Positions 18,978-29,340 of a stretch of DNA of 64,000 bases are shown piece after piece (within the stretch, counting starts at the first letter, position 1; each line of letters begins with the position of its first letter). The position numbers were made by a program, and so were the translations under genes. The notes beneath the pieces were generated by a model. It was not told the origin of the DNA. It saw nothing but the letters and a program-made list of their open reading frames with translations, and made no database searches. The DNA lies in assembly GCA_016212705.1 (NCBI GenBank), contig JACREU010000070.1, positions 72,390 through 136,389 of the forward strand. Reading direction: 5' to 3'. The DNA comes from Deltaproteobacteria bacterium (GTDB lineage Bacteria; Desulfobacterota; GWC2-55-46).

Positions 18978-20528
18978 ATGGAACTACAGACTGCGGTAGC
19001 GATACCTGATCAGTTCAGGATAATGTTCATCGACGACGACGATTCGGTACGCGAGTCGGTGAGCGAGATACTCGAGCGCAAGGGATGGCAGGTGGACGCG
19101 TTCTCGAACGCCGAAGGGGCGCTCTCGGCGCTCCGAGGCGGACAATACGACTGCGTGCTCGCCGACATAAACATGCCGGGTTTGAGCGGCATGAACTTCC
19201 TGCTGATGGCCAGGGAGTCCGCGCCCGACGTGCCGGTTGTGATGGTGACCGGGTATCCCTCGATAGACCTCGCCGTCGAGGCGATGAAGATAGGCGCCGT
19301 CGACTTTCTCGCCAAACCCTTCAAGACGCAGGAACTCGAGATAATCGTCAGGAAGGCCGTGAGCGAGGCACGGGTAGTACGGGTCCACGAGGAGGCCAAG
19401 CCGGACTCCGGCAGGACGATAGTCCATCTCCCGGAGCTCGCCAGAAGGAGGCTCGAGGACAAGATAAAGGAGCTCTCGATCCTGCACACCATAAGCGAGA
19501 CGCTCGACGAGGTGAGCGAGAAGGAAGACATATTCAGGAAGACAATGGACATCGCCCAGATCATAACGGACGCAGGCAGGGCGTTCATTATGGTGGTGGA
19601 GAGTGACGGAGCGGCCCTTGTGGTCCGCGCCGCGTCAGGTTACGACGGCGACATCGTTGGCCTCGCTTTCCCGGCCTCTGAGGAGCCTTTCAACGGCGTC
19701 ATTAAAAATAAATGCTACTCGCACGTCCTCGTGGACGGCCGCGACCTCTCGCCGCTCATCGCAGGGTCGTTCGGCCCGGGCAAGAGGCCTTCGCTCCTCC
19801 TCGCGCCACTCACTATAAACAGGGAGGTCGTCGTCATCCTCGGGCTCGCCGGGATGGACGGCATGGTCGAGTTTACGAACGACGCGTTGACGCTCCTGCT
19901 GAACCTCACGGCGAAGGCGTCTCTCAAGCTCGAGAATATCGCGCTCTCGGAGAACATATTCACCTCCATCATCGCGGGGCTCAATTCGCTCATAAACGCG
20001 CTTGACGCGCGCGACACCTACACCAAGGACCATTCGAACAGGGTGACCAGGTACGCTGTGCAGATAGCCAAGGCCCTTGAGTGCAGACAGGACATAGTCG
20101 ACAGCATAAGCTTCGCCGGCCCGCTCCACGATATAGGCAAGATCGCCATAAGGGACGATATCCTCCTCAAACAGGGGCAGTTCTCGATAGACGAGAGGGA
20201 GATAATGAAGTCGCACGTCGTCAGGGGCGAGGAGATATTGAAGCCGCTTAACCTGCTCGCGCTGGAGAGGGCCGTCGTCCTCTATCACCACGAGAGATGG
20301 GACGGAGGCGGTTACCCGAAGGGGCTCTCCAGGGGCGACATCCCAATCGTAGCGCGCATATTCAGCGTGGCTGACACCTTTGACGCGATGACTTCGACTC
20401 GTCCGTACAGGAAGGCCCTTCCCTTTGAGGTTGCGAAGGACGAGATAGTCAGGTGCGCCGGCACGCAGTTCGACCCGGAGGTGGTCGACGGCTTCCTCCA
20501 CTCAGGGATCCTTAAGGAGGGCCAATGA
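18978..20528 (+). CDS. REC-GAF-HD-GYP cyclic di-nucleotide phosphodiesterase
   Basis: REC N-terminus; HSNRV, LHDIGK, HHERWDGGGYP, ADTFDAMTS.RPYR. Confidence 0.9.
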   Translation: MELQTAVAIPDQFRIMFIDDDDSVRESVSEILERKGWQVDAFSNAEGALSALRGGQYDCVLADINMPGLSGMNFLLMARESAPDVPVVMVTGYPSIDLAVEAMKIGAVDFLAKPFKTQELEIIVRKAVSEARVVRVHEEAKPDSGRTIVHLPELARRRLEDKIKELSILHTISETLDEVSEKEDIFRKTMDIAQIITDAGRAFIMVVESDGAALVVRAASGYDGDIVGLAFPASEEPFNGVIKNKCYSHVLVDGRDLSPLIAGSFGPGKRPSLLLAPLTINREVVVILGLAGMDGMVEFTNDALTLLLNLTAKASLKLENIALSENIFTSIIAGLNSLINALDARDTYTKDHSNRVTRYAVQIAKALECRQDIVDSISFAGPLHDIGKIAIRDDILLKQGQFSIDEREIMKSHVVRGEEILKPLNLLALERAVVLYHHERWDGGGYPKGLSRGDIPIVARIFSVADTFDAMTSTRPYRKALPFEVAKDEIVRCAGTQFDPEVVDGFLHSGILKEGQ

Positions 20529-21064
20529 CGGACTTCAGGGAAGGGGTGTCGACTGAAGGAAAGCGCGAGTTTGTAAGGACCAGCGACAATATCCCCGTCT
20601 ACTACGAGCTTCTCTCCGGGGAGGTCCCTGAGGGCGCGCAACCGGACTGGGAGCTCCTCTTCGACGACATCGACCCGAAGCCCGAGGAGAACCCCAGGCT
20701 CTACGAGCTCCTCTTCGACATCAACCAGAAGCTCAACATACTCTTGAATCACATGTCAGGGCAAGGCGGCTTCAACATCCCGGAGGCGAGAGACGTGAAC
20801 ATAAGCGGCGGGGGATTGCGGTTCTTCAGCGCCGAGCGTTTCAACCCCGGAGACAGGCTTTTTTTAAAGACCTTTCTCCCCACGCACGCGCACATCATAA
20901 AGATAAAGTGCGAGGTCGTCCGCTCCGCTCCGACCGGCAATGATAAGTACGAGACGGCCGTCAAGTACGTCGACATGGACGAGACGACCCGCGACAAGAT
21001 AATAAGGTACATCTTCGCCAAGCAGAGAAAACTGCTCCGCGGCGAGAAGACCACCGAAAAGTAG
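20525..21064 (+). CDS. PilZ domain protein
   Basis: KREFVR (RxxxR) and NISGGG (D/NxSxxG) motifs. Confidence 0.85.
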   Translation: MTDFREGVSTEGKREFVRTSDNIPVYYELLSGEVPEGAQPDWELLFDDIDPKPEENPRLYELLFDINQKLNILLNHMSGQGGFNIPEARDVNISGGGLRFFSAERFNPGDRLFLKTFLPTHAHIIKIKCEVVRSAPTGNDKYETAVKYVDMDETTRDKIIRYIFAKQRKLLRGEKTTEK

Positions 21065-21167
21065 CATTCACCGGCTCCCTTGTAATACCCCCTCATAATA
21101 AAGTATAATGTAATCCATTGAATCGGGCCTTCTTTAAAAAGGCCTTTTCGCGTTTCTCCGCCCTTAA

Positions 21168-22553
21168 ATGCTCGAAAAAACATTTAGAAATACGATAAAG
21201 AGGCTCGGGATGCTCAGGAAGGGCGACGCGGTCCTCGCGGCGGTCTCAGGCGGCGTCGACTCAATCGTCATGCTCCGTCTCCTCGGTTCCGTAAAAGACG
21301 AGCTTGGACTCAAGCTCTCGGTCTGCCACCTGAACCACAACATGAGGGGGGCGGAATCCAGGCGCGACCTCGAGTTCGTCAAAAAGACGGCCCGCGGCCT
21401 GGGCCTTAAGTTCATCGGAAAGACGCTCGGTAAAGGCTCCCTCGTCCTGAAGGGCAAGTCTCTCCAGGAGGCGGCGCGCGAGGAGCGCTACGCGTTTTTC
21501 GAGGCCGCCGCGAAAAAGACCGGGGCCGGCAGGATCGCCCTCGGACACACGCTCGACGACCAGGCGGAGACGGTGCTTTTGAGGCTCTTGAAGGGCGCGT
21601 CCTTGAGCGGCCTCTCGGGGATCCCGCCCGTCCGCGCGCCTTTTATAAGGCCCCTCATTGAGGTTAAGAGGGAGGAGATAGAGAGGTACGCAACGGACAA
21701 TGGCATCGACTTTGTAACGGATTCTACGAACAAGATTCCCAAGTATCTGAGGAACAGCGTAAGGCTCTCCCTCATCCCTTTCATAGAGAAAAACTATAAT
21801 TGCTCCGTAAAAGAGACGCTCGCGAGGACCGCGTCCGTCCTCGCCGTCGACAACGCCTTCATCATCGAGGCGGCGCGGGAGGCGTTCGATGAGGTTGTGG
21901 TGGAGAGCAGGGGGGCAGTAGCCATTGACAGGCCCAGGACCGCCTCCCTCCACAGGGCCGTTTCGTCGCGGGTCTTCCTTAAGGCCCTGGGGAGGTTCGA
22001 CCCCGCATCCGCCTCTGACCTCTCATCCGCCCATGTCGAGGCCTTCCATGCGGTTGTGGAAGGGAGGTCTCCATCGGCCTCGATCAAGCTCCCCGGCGGA
22101 ATCGTCCTAAGGCGCGAGTATGACAGGGTGATAATTGCGCGAGGCACGACCGATAAAAGGAAGCCATTCGAGAAAATACTCAAAGTCCCGGGGAGGACCG
22201 TAATCCCCGGCTGTGGGGCCTTTGTGGCCGAGGTTTCAAATAAGAGACCGAAGTCCATCGTGACCGGGGTGGATACCATATATCTCGACCTCGACGAGGC
22301 CGGAGACGGCCTTTTTTTAAGGCCATTCATCCCCGGAGACAGGATCGTCCCTTTCGGCATGACAGGGCATAAGAAGGTTAAGGATATCTTAATCGACGCG
22401 AAGGCCCCGAGGCATACCCGCCAGTCCATCCCATTACTCTTAAAGGGAGGGGATGTCATATGGGTCCCCGGGATAAAGAGGTCGGACCTCTTCAGGGTCA
22501 CCGGCAGGACCGTCAGAGTCCTCAAGGTGGAATGGGTGGGTCGAGGCGGCTAA
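21168..22553 (+). CDS. tilS: tRNA(Ile)-lysidine synthase
   Basis: AVSGGVDS PP-loop, HLNH, GHTLDDQAET, IRPL, DSTN, RNSVR. Confidence 0.93.
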   Translation: MLEKTFRNTIKRLGMLRKGDAVLAAVSGGVDSIVMLRLLGSVKDELGLKLSVCHLNHNMRGAESRRDLEFVKKTARGLGLKFIGKTLGKGSLVLKGKSLQEAAREERYAFFEAAAKKTGAGRIALGHTLDDQAETVLLRLLKGASLSGLSGIPPVRAPFIRPLIEVKREEIERYATDNGIDFVTDSTNKIPKYLRNSVRLSLIPFIEKNYNCSVKETLARTASVLAVDNAFIIEAAREAFDEVVVESRGAVAIDRPRTASLHRAVSSRVFLKALGRFDPASASDLSSAHVEAFHAVVEGRSPSASIKLPGGIVLRREYDRVIIARGTTDKRKPFEKILKVPGRTVIPGCGAFVAEVSNKRPKSIVTGVDTIYLDLDEAGDGLFLRPFIPGDRIVPFGMTGHKKVKDILIDAKAPRHTRQSIPLLLKGGDVIWVPGIKRSDLFRVTGRTVRVLKVEWVGRGG

Positions 22554-22670
22554 AAATCGCTTTAATTCGTCCATGAAAAGTTATAGAATTAACAGTTCAA
22601 ATCCATGCCGCGCGTAACTGGCTCAAAAGGCATCGAAACTGAAGTCATACTCAACGGGGGATAGCCCATA

Positions 22671-23189
22671 ATGATAATGCCTTATAAGGGGATAAACCCC
22701 CGTATCCACGAGACGGCCTTCATAGTCGATAACGCGTCCATCATAGGGGACGTCGAGATAGGCGAACACTCGAGCGTCTGGTTCAATGCGGTGGTTCGCG
22801 GCGACGTCCACTACATCCGCATAGGCAAGAGGACTAATGTCCAGGACAATTGCACCCTCCATGTCACGAAAGACACGTACCCGCTTATAATCGGCAACGA
22901 CATAACCATAGGGCACAACGTCATACTCCACGGTTGCACCGTAAGGGACAGGTGTCTCATAGGCATGGGCTCGATAATACTCGATAACGCGGAAGTGGGC
23001 GAGGACTCGATAATCGGCGCGGGCGCGCTCGTGACCGAAGGCATGAAGGTCCCTCCCAGGTCGCTCGTTTTGGGCGTCCCCGGCAAGGTAAAGAGGGCGC
23101 TTACGGACGACGAGGTCGCGCGCATCCTTAAGTCCGCCGGGAACTATATGGAGTATTCGAGAAACTACCTCGAATACAGGGGGGCTTAG
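22671..23189 (+). CDS. Gamma carbonic anhydrase family protein
   Basis: Hexapeptide repeats, RGDV, NVQDN..LH, IGHNVILHGC. Confidence 0.9.
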   Translation: MIMPYKGINPRIHETAFIVDNASIIGDVEIGEHSSVWFNAVVRGDVHYIRIGKRTNVQDNCTLHVTKDTYPLIIGNDITIGHNVILHGCTVRDRCLIGMGSIILDNAEVGEDSIIGAGALVTEGMKVPPRSLVLGVPGKVKRALTDDEVARILKSAGNYMEYSRNYLEYRGA

Positions 23190-23828
23190 GTGTTCGGAGG
23201 GCTTTCCTTCATGGGTCTCCTTTCAAAGGGCGGGGTTACGGTCGTCGTCCTCGGGCTCCTTTCGGTACTGTCCATCGCGGTCATGCTTGAGAGGGCGTGG
23301 GCCTTTAGAAAGTTCAGGAGGGGGATATTCGACCTCATCGGGCCGCTAAAAAAGACGCTTGACAGTAGCGGCCTCTCTGTTGCGGCCGGTTATTCGGGCG
23401 TGGCGGAATCCCCCCTTGGAAGGGTGTTCCTCGCCGGTTACGGGAAGCGCGGCAAAAAGAAGGATGTCATAGAAGGCGCGATGGAGCTCGCCGGGAGGCG
23501 TGAGGTACAAAAGCTGGAGCGGTTTCTGGGGGTCATCGGGACTATCGGCTCGACGGCCCCGTTCATCGGTCTCTTCGGCACTGTCCTCGGCATCATAAGG
23601 GCCTTTAGCGACATGGCGCTCACTCAAGGGGCGTCCCCCTCGGCCGTTGCCGACGGCATAGCCGAGGCGCTCGTTGCGACAGCCGCCGGGCTTTTCGTAG
23701 CCATACCGGCTGTGGCCGCGTACAACTACTTCGTAAGGACCGTTTCAAAATATTCGCTTGAGCTCGAGGCCTCGGCCTCGGAGTTCACGGAGGCTTTTAT
23801 ATCCGATGGCATGGAAGATAAACGATAA
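23190..23828 (+). CDS. MotA/TolQ/ExbB proton channel protein
   Basis: APFIGLFGTV.GII.AF and GIAEALVATAAGL.VAIPA. Confidence 0.9.
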   Translation: MFGGLSFMGLLSKGGVTVVVLGLLSVLSIAVMLERAWAFRKFRRGIFDLIGPLKKTLDSSGLSVAAGYSGVAESPLGRVFLAGYGKRGKKKDVIEGAMELAGRREVQKLERFLGVIGTIGSTAPFIGLFGTVLGIIRAFSDMALTQGASPSAVADGIAEALVATAAGLFVAIPAVAAYNYFVRTVSKYSLELEASASEFTEAFISDGMEDKR

Positions 23829-24213
23829 TAAAGAGCGGATGATGGCCGAGATAAACATCACGCCCTTGACCGACGTGATGCTCGTCCTCCTCGTCATATT
23901 CATGGTGACGACGCCGCTCATCATGACCGAGTCCTTCAAGATAAAGCTCCCGAGGGCGGTCACCTCCGACGCCGAGCCCGGCAGGGGGGCCATAGTCGCG
24001 GTGAGCTCTGACGGGGCAATAAACTTAAACGGCAAGCCGGTCTCTCTTGCCGGCCTCTCAGGTGAATTAAGGGCCGGGTTTGAGGCAGGCAAGGACAGGA
24101 CCGTCGTCGTCAAGGCCGACGGCGACGCCCGCCACAGCCTGATAGTAAGGATACTCGACACCGCGAAGCTCGCCGGGGCCGAGAGGCTATCCATCGCAAC
24201 CGAGAGGGAGTAG
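23806..24213 (+). CDS. ExbD/TolR family protein
   Basis: EINITPLTDVMLVLLVIFMV, VKAD; ATG 23806 preferred. Confidence 0.9.
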   Translation: MAWKINDNKERMMAEINITPLTDVMLVLLVIFMVTTPLIMTESFKIKLPRAVTSDAEPGRGAIVAVSSDGAINLNGKPVSLAGLSGELRAGFEAGKDRTVVVKADGDARHSLIVRILDTAKLAGAERLSIATERE

Positions 24214-24226
24214 GCTTCCGCAATAG

Positions 24227-25186
24227 ATGAGATACGCGTCCATCGACATCGGCACGAACACCCTGAGGCTGTTAATAGCCGAGCCTGGCGCGGACAAGGG
24301 TCTCAGACCCATCTTATACAAGAGGGCGATAACGAGGCTCGGCGGCGGTTACTCGGAGGATGGGGGGATATCGGATGAGGCGGCAAGGCGCGCCATAAAG
24401 GCGCTTGAGGACTTTAAGAAAGAGATAGACTCAAGCGGGGTTGCGAGGGTCCTCGCATTCGCCACAAGTGTCGTAAGGCGCGCTAAAAACAGCGCGGCGT
24501 TTAAAAGCGAGGTCCTGGAAAAGACCGGGCTGGAAATAACCGTCATAACAGGCGCCGAGGAGGCCCGGCTGTCGCTCCAGGGCGTCCTGTCGGTCATAAA
24601 GGACGAGTCCCCGGAAAGGCTCGTCATCGACATAGGCGGCGGCTCGACGGAGTTCATATTCACGGATAAAGACGGCGCCGCGCTCGAGTGGTCGATGGAG
24701 ATGGGTGTCGTCCACCTGACCGAACGGCACTTGAAAAGCGACCCTCCCGTGGCGATGGAGATATCCGCCCTTGAGAACGAGATAGGGTCTGTAATAGGTG
24801 AGTTAAGGAAACGCGCATCCAGGGCCGGGATCGATCTGGAGAGATACTCCGGCAAAGGCGGCGCGATATTCGTAGGCACCGCCGGGACCATCACGACGCT
24901 CGCCGCGCTCGACCAGGACCTTGCCGTCTACGATAAAAGCCGCATAAACAATTACGTCCTCAAGAAGGCGAATGTGGAGCGGATGTACAGGGGGCTCCTT
25001 TCCATGAGCATTAAGGAGCGCGAGAGGGTATTGTCGCTGGAGAAGGGCAGGGAAGACCTGATCATCCCCGGGTCCGCCATTACGCTCCTTACAATGGAGG
25101 CCTTCGGCTTTTCTTCCATTACGGTCGTTGACGCCGGGCTCCTCGAAGGCATAATATTGAACGAGATAAATAAGACCGTCTTATAA
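24227..25186 (+). CDS. ppx: Ppx/GppA family phosphatase (short form)
   Basis: IDIGTNT, ATSVVR, EEA, DIGGGSTE, GLLEG. Confidence 0.88.
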   Translation: MRYASIDIGTNTLRLLIAEPGADKGLRPILYKRAITRLGGGYSEDGGISDEAARRAIKALEDFKKEIDSSGVARVLAFATSVVRRAKNSAAFKSEVLEKTGLEITVITGAEEARLSLQGVLSVIKDESPERLVIDIGGGSTEFIFTDKDGAALEWSMEMGVVHLTERHLKSDPPVAMEISALENEIGSVIGELRKRASRAGIDLERYSGKGGAIFVGTAGTITTLAALDQDLAVYDKSRINNYVLKKANVERMYRGLLSMSIKERERVLSLEKGREDLIIPGSAITLLTMEAFGFSSITVVDAGLLEGIILNEINKTVL

Positions 25187-25201
25187 CGGGAGGTTTAACG
25201 C

Positions 25202-26662
25202 ATGGATTATCTTAAGATAAAGAACGCATTGACCTTTGACGACGTGCTCCTGGAGCCGTCGTTCTCGAAGGTGCTTCCGAGGGACGCCGACATCTCAACG
25301 AGGCTCACTAACGAGATAAGGCTCAATATCCCGCTCATGAGCGCGGCGATGGACACTGTGACCGAGTCCCGCATGGCCATAGCCATAGCGCAGGCCGGGG
25401 GCATCGGCATCATACACAAGAACCTTACGATAGACGAGCAGGCGGCGATGGTCGACAAGGTCAAGAAGTACGAGTCCGTCATAATCTCAAAACCCATGAC
25501 CTTAAGCCCCGAGCAGAAGGTCGAGGACGCGCTCGATATAATGAGGAGGGAGCAGATATCGGGCTTCCCGATCGTCAAGGACGGCGTCCTCGTCGGCATA
25601 CTCACCAACAGGGACTTGAGGTTCGAGACGAACCCATTGAGAAAGATATCCGAGATTATGACGACGAAGGTCATAACCGTCCCTTGCGGGACGTCCATCG
25701 AAAAGGCCAAGGAGATGCTCCACAAGCACAGGATAGAGAAGCTCCCTGTGGTCGATAAAAAGAACAGGCTTAAGGGCCTCATCACCGTAACCGACATCGA
25801 GAAGAGGGAGAAGTACCCGGACTCCTGCAAGGACGTCCTCGGCAGGCTCCGCGTGGGCGCGGCCGTCGGGGTGTCTTTTGACAGGGAGGCGCGTATTGAG
25901 GCCCTCATTAAGGCTGGCGCGGACTGCATCATCATCGACACCGCCCACGGCCACAGTAGCGGCGTAATCGACGCGGTCAGGTCCACGAAGAAGAGCTTCA
26001 ACTGCCAGTTGATAGCAGGCAATATCGCGACCGCGCAGGCGGCTGAAGCGCTCATCAAGGCCGGGGTAGACGCCATAAAGGTCGGCGTCGGACCGGGATC
26101 CATCTGCACGACAAGGATAGTCACCGGCATAGGGGTGCCGCAGATAACAGCGGTGAGCGATTGCGTGGCCGTCGCGCGGAAAAAGAACATCCCGGTCATT
26201 TCCGACGGCGGAATAAAGTATTCCGGCGATATCACAAAGGCGCTCGCGGCAGGGGCCGACTCCATAATGATAGGAGGCTTGTTTGCCGGGACGGACGAGT
26301 CCCCCGGAGAGACGATCCTGTATCAGGGCCGCACCTTCAAGGTCTACAGGGGCATGGGCTCGATCGAGGCGATGAAGAAGGGGTCGAAAGACAGGTACTT
26401 TCAGGAGGACGTGGAGAGCGAGCTTAAACTCGTGCCCGAAGGCATAGAGGGGAGGGTCCCGCACAAAGGCCCCATCGCCTCGACCATCTTCCAGCTCATA
26501 GGCGGCCTCCGTGCCGGTATGGGCTACTGCGGCTCAAGGACGATACCCGAGCTCCACGAGAAGGCGCGGTTCGTAAAGATAACGTCGTCGGGGTTAAGAG
26601 AGAGCCACGTCCACGACGTAACGATAACCAAAGAGGCCCCGAACTACAAGCAGGAGGCGTAA
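25202..26662 (+). CDS. guaB: IMP dehydrogenase
   Basis: LTFDDV, SAAMDTV, CBS pair, [19 protein letters not shown]. Confidence 0.97.
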   Translation: MDYLKIKNALTFDDVLLEPSFSKVLPRDADISTRLTNEIRLNIPLMSAAMDTVTESRMAIAIAQAGGIGIIHKNLTIDEQAAMVDKVKKYESVIISKPMTLSPEQKVEDALDIMRREQISGFPIVKDGVLVGILTNRDLRFETNPLRKISEIMTTKVITVPCGTSIEKAKEMLHKHRIEKLPVVDKKNRLKGLITVTDIEKREKYPDSCKDVLGRLRVGAAVGVSFDREARIEALIKAGADCIIIDTAHGHSSGVIDAVRSTKKSFNCQLIAGNIATAQAAEALIKAGVDAIKVGVGPGSICTTRIVTGIGVPQITAVSDCVAVARKKNIPVISDGGIKYSGDITKALAAGADSIMIGGLFAGTDESPGETILYQGRTFKVYRGMGSIEAMKKGSKDRYFQEDVESELKLVPEGIEGRVPHKGPIASTIFQLIGGLRAGMGYCGSRTIPELHEKARFVKITSSGLRESHVHDVTITKEAPNYKQEA

Positions 26663-26692
26663 CGGCGGAGGAGACCCCGTCATTTAACCGAC

Positions 26693-28240
26693 ATGGACAT
26701 ACACTCAGAAAAGGTACTTATACTCGACTTCGGTTCCCAGTACACCCAGCTAATAGCCCGGAGGGTGAGGGAGGCGAAGGTCTACTGCGAAATACACCCC
26801 TTTAATTCGGGGCTTGCGTCCGTAAGGGCGTTTAACCCCAAGGGCATCATACTCTCGGGAGGCCCGTCCTCGGTCTATGACAAGGGCGCGCCGACGATAG
26901 GCAAGGAGATTTTCGGTCTCGGCGTCCAGGTGCTCGGCATCTGCTACGGCATGCAGCTTATTGCCAAGCTCCTCAACGGCAAGGTCGAGAGGTCGAATAA
27001 ACGCGAGTACGGAGGAGCCGACCTCGTCATAGAAAACGCCGGAGACCTGTTCAAGGGGCTGGGTTCCGGCCCTATGAAGGTCTGGATGAGCCACGGCGAC
27101 AGGGTAGAGGCCCTGCCGCCGGGATTCCAGACCATCGCGAGGTCCGCCAACTCCGCGATCTGCGCGATGGGGGACGCAAAACGTAAAATATACGGCGTCC
27201 AGTTCCACCCCGAGGTCGTCCACACCCCGAAGGGGGATAAGATACTCAGGAACTTCCTCTTCCAGGTATGCGCTTTGAAGCCGGCGTGGACGATGAAGTC
27301 GTTTATAGAGACGTCGATTGAGGGCATCAGGGCAAGGGCCGGAGAAGACCGCGTCGTCTGCGGCATAAGCGGCGGGGTGGACTCCGCCGTAGCCGCGCTC
27401 CTCGTCCACAAGGCGATAGGCGCGCGTCTCACCTGCATATTCGTCGACAACGGCGTCTTGAGAAAAAATGAGGCCGACAAGGTCGAGGCGACTTTAAAAA
27501 AGAGCTTTCACATGAACATCCGCCGCGTCAACGCCTCGGCCAGGTTCCTCAAGAAGCTCAAGGGTGTAGAGGACCCCGAGAGGAAGAGGAAGATAATAGG
27601 CGGGGAGTTCGTCCGGGTCTTCGAGGCGGAGGCGAAGAAGATAAAGAATGTAAAGTTCCTCGCGCAGGGGACCCTATATCCCGACGTCATCGAGAGCGTA
27701 TCCTTCAAGGGGCCATCGGCTACGATAAAGAGCCACCACAACGTCGGCGGTTTGCTCAAGAAGATGAAGCTCAAACTCATTGAGCCGCTCCGCGAACTTT
27801 TCAAGGACGAGGTGAGGGCTTTGGGCAGGGAGATGGGTATGCCGGACGAGGTAATCGACCGCCAGCCGTTCCCCGGCCCCGGCCTCGCCATAAGGATTAT
27901 CGGTGAAGTAACGAAGAAAAGGTGCGATATATTAAGAGAGGCCGACGCGATAGTCCTTGAGGAGATAAAGTCAGCGGGGCTGTATAAGAAGATGTGGCAG
28001 TCGTTCGCGGTGCTCCTGCCCATACGGACCGTCGGGGTCATGGGGGACGAGAGGACCTACGAGAACACCGTCGCGCTCCGCGCCGTGGAGAGCGTGGACG
28101 GCATGACCGCGGACTGGGTGAAGCTCCCCTACGAGGTCATGGAGAACATATCGAGGCGCGTCATAAACGAGGTCAGGGGCGTAAACAGGGTAGTATACGA
28201 CATAAGCTCTAAACCACCATCAACTATAGAATGGGAGTAG
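26693..28240 (+). CDS. guaA: GMP synthase
   Basis: [33 protein letters not shown]. Confidence 0.97.
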   Translation: MDIHSEKVLILDFGSQYTQLIARRVREAKVYCEIHPFNSGLASVRAFNPKGIILSGGPSSVYDKGAPTIGKEIFGLGVQVLGICYGMQLIAKLLNGKVERSNKREYGGADLVIENAGDLFKGLGSGPMKVWMSHGDRVEALPPGFQTIARSANSAICAMGDAKRKIYGVQFHPEVVHTPKGDKILRNFLFQVCALKPAWTMKSFIETSIEGIRARAGEDRVVCGISGGVDSAVAALLVHKAIGARLTCIFVDNGVLRKNEADKVEATLKKSFHMNIRRVNASARFLKKLKGVEDPERKRKIIGGEFVRVFEAEAKKIKNVKFLAQGTLYPDVIESVSFKGPSATIKSHHNVGGLLKKMKLKLIEPLRELFKDEVRALGREMGMPDEVIDRQPFPGPGLAIRIIGEVTKKRCDILREADAIVLEEIKSAGLYKKMWQSFAVLLPIRTVGVMGDERTYENTVALRAVESVDGMTADWVKLPYEVMENISRRVINEVRGVNRVVYDISSKPPSTIEWE

Positions 28241-28248
28241 CTCAGGAC

Positions 28249-28965
28249 ATGGTAGAGGACCTCAAGGGCAAGGAGACTTGGCGGCTTTTCAGGATAATGA
28301 GCGAATTCATCGAGGGGTTCGACGAGCTCTCGGACATGGGCCCGGCGGTCTCGATTTTCGGCTCGGCGAGGATAAACCAGAACAACAGGTATTACAAGAA
28401 GACCGAGGAGATAGCGGCCCTCCTTTCCAAAAACGGGTATGCGATCATAACGGGCGGCGGCCCAGGCATCATGGAGGCGGCGAACAAGGGCGCCTGCAAG
28501 AACGGCGGGGCGTCGGTCGGCCTCAACATCACGCTCCCGCAGGAGCAGAGGCCGAACAGGTACCAGTCCAAGGCGCTCCACTTCAAGTACTTCTTCGCCA
28601 GAAAGGTGATGTTCGTCAAGTACGCCATCGGGTACGTCTGCATGCCCGGAGGCTTCGGCACGCTGGATGAGTTCTTCGAGGCGTTGACGCTCATCCAGAC
28701 CCACAAGATACACCCGTTCCCGCTCATACTCTTCGGGCGGGAGTACTGGGCGCCGCTCCTCGACTTCATGAAAAAGACGATGATCAAGTACAAGACGATC
28801 ACGCCCGAGGACCTGAACTTCATCGACGTCACCGACGACCCCAAAGAGGTCCTCCGCATCATCAACAGGCACATGAAATGGAAGAAGAAGCTCATAAAGT
28901 CCTCCTCAGGGAAAAAGAGCGCGAAGGGGCGGACCAGGGTCGTGAAAAAAAAGCTCGTTCCTTAA
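28249..28965 (+). CDS. LOG/TIGR00730-type nucleotide phosphoribohydrolase
   Basis: TGGGPGIME, YFFARK, PGGFGTLDE. Confidence 0.88.
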   Translation: MVEDLKGKETWRLFRIMSEFIEGFDELSDMGPAVSIFGSARINQNNRYYKKTEEIAALLSKNGYAIITGGGPGIMEAANKGACKNGGASVGLNITLPQEQRPNRYQSKALHFKYFFARKVMFVKYAIGYVCMPGGFGTLDEFFEALTLIQTHKIHPFPLILFGREYWAPLLDFMKKTMIKYKTITPEDLNFIDVTDDPKEVLRIINRHMKWKKKLIKSSSGKKSAKGRTRVVKKKLVP

Positions 28966-28978
28966 GGGGGGATTTTAA

Positions 28979-29164
28979 ATGGACGACCACGGTCACGAAG
29001 AGAAGCTCAGAAAAGTTTCGATATCGCTCGAAGACGAACAGATAGATATGCTCAAGGAGCTTGCCGAAGAGTACAAGGGCAAGCTCGGCCAGAGGTGGAC
29101 CTTGAGCGCCATGATAAGGGTCGCGGTCGGCGACTTCCTCACGAAGATGGGGAAGATGAGCTGA
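28979..29164 (+). CDS. Small ribbon-helix-helix (CopG-like) protein
   Basis: KVSISL beta-strand followed by two helices ending LSAMIRVAV; G-rich RBS. Confidence 0.6.
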   Translation: MDDHGHEEKLRKVSISLEDEQIDMLKELAEEYKGKLGQRWTLSAMIRVAVGDFLTKMGKMS

Positions 29165-29184
29165 AAGCGCGCCCGGCGCGCCCA

Positions 29185-29279
29185 TGTCATTCCTGATGTT
29201 TTTATCGGGAATCCATGGACGTCATATGCGGGAATTACAAAAGACACTGGATTCCCGCTTAATGTCCGCGGGAACGACA
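29185..29279. repeat. Inverted pair of REP-like palindromes (GTCATTCC...GGAATCCA / TGGATTCCCG...CGGGAACGAC)
   Basis: Two short palindromic units (29185-29215, 29248-29279) in inverted orientation around a spacer. Confidence 0.7.
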
Positions 29280-29340
29280 TCATGCCGTGGTATTGTCCAT
29301 CTCCCCGGACCAGCCGGTACAAATTTATCCAGGGGTCTTA

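Noticed and set aside
25207..26464. Long antisense ORFs opposite guaB (similar ones opposite sthA, HD-GYP, eno and others)
   Set aside because: Shadow ORFs expected from GC-rich codon bias; no recognisable motifs.
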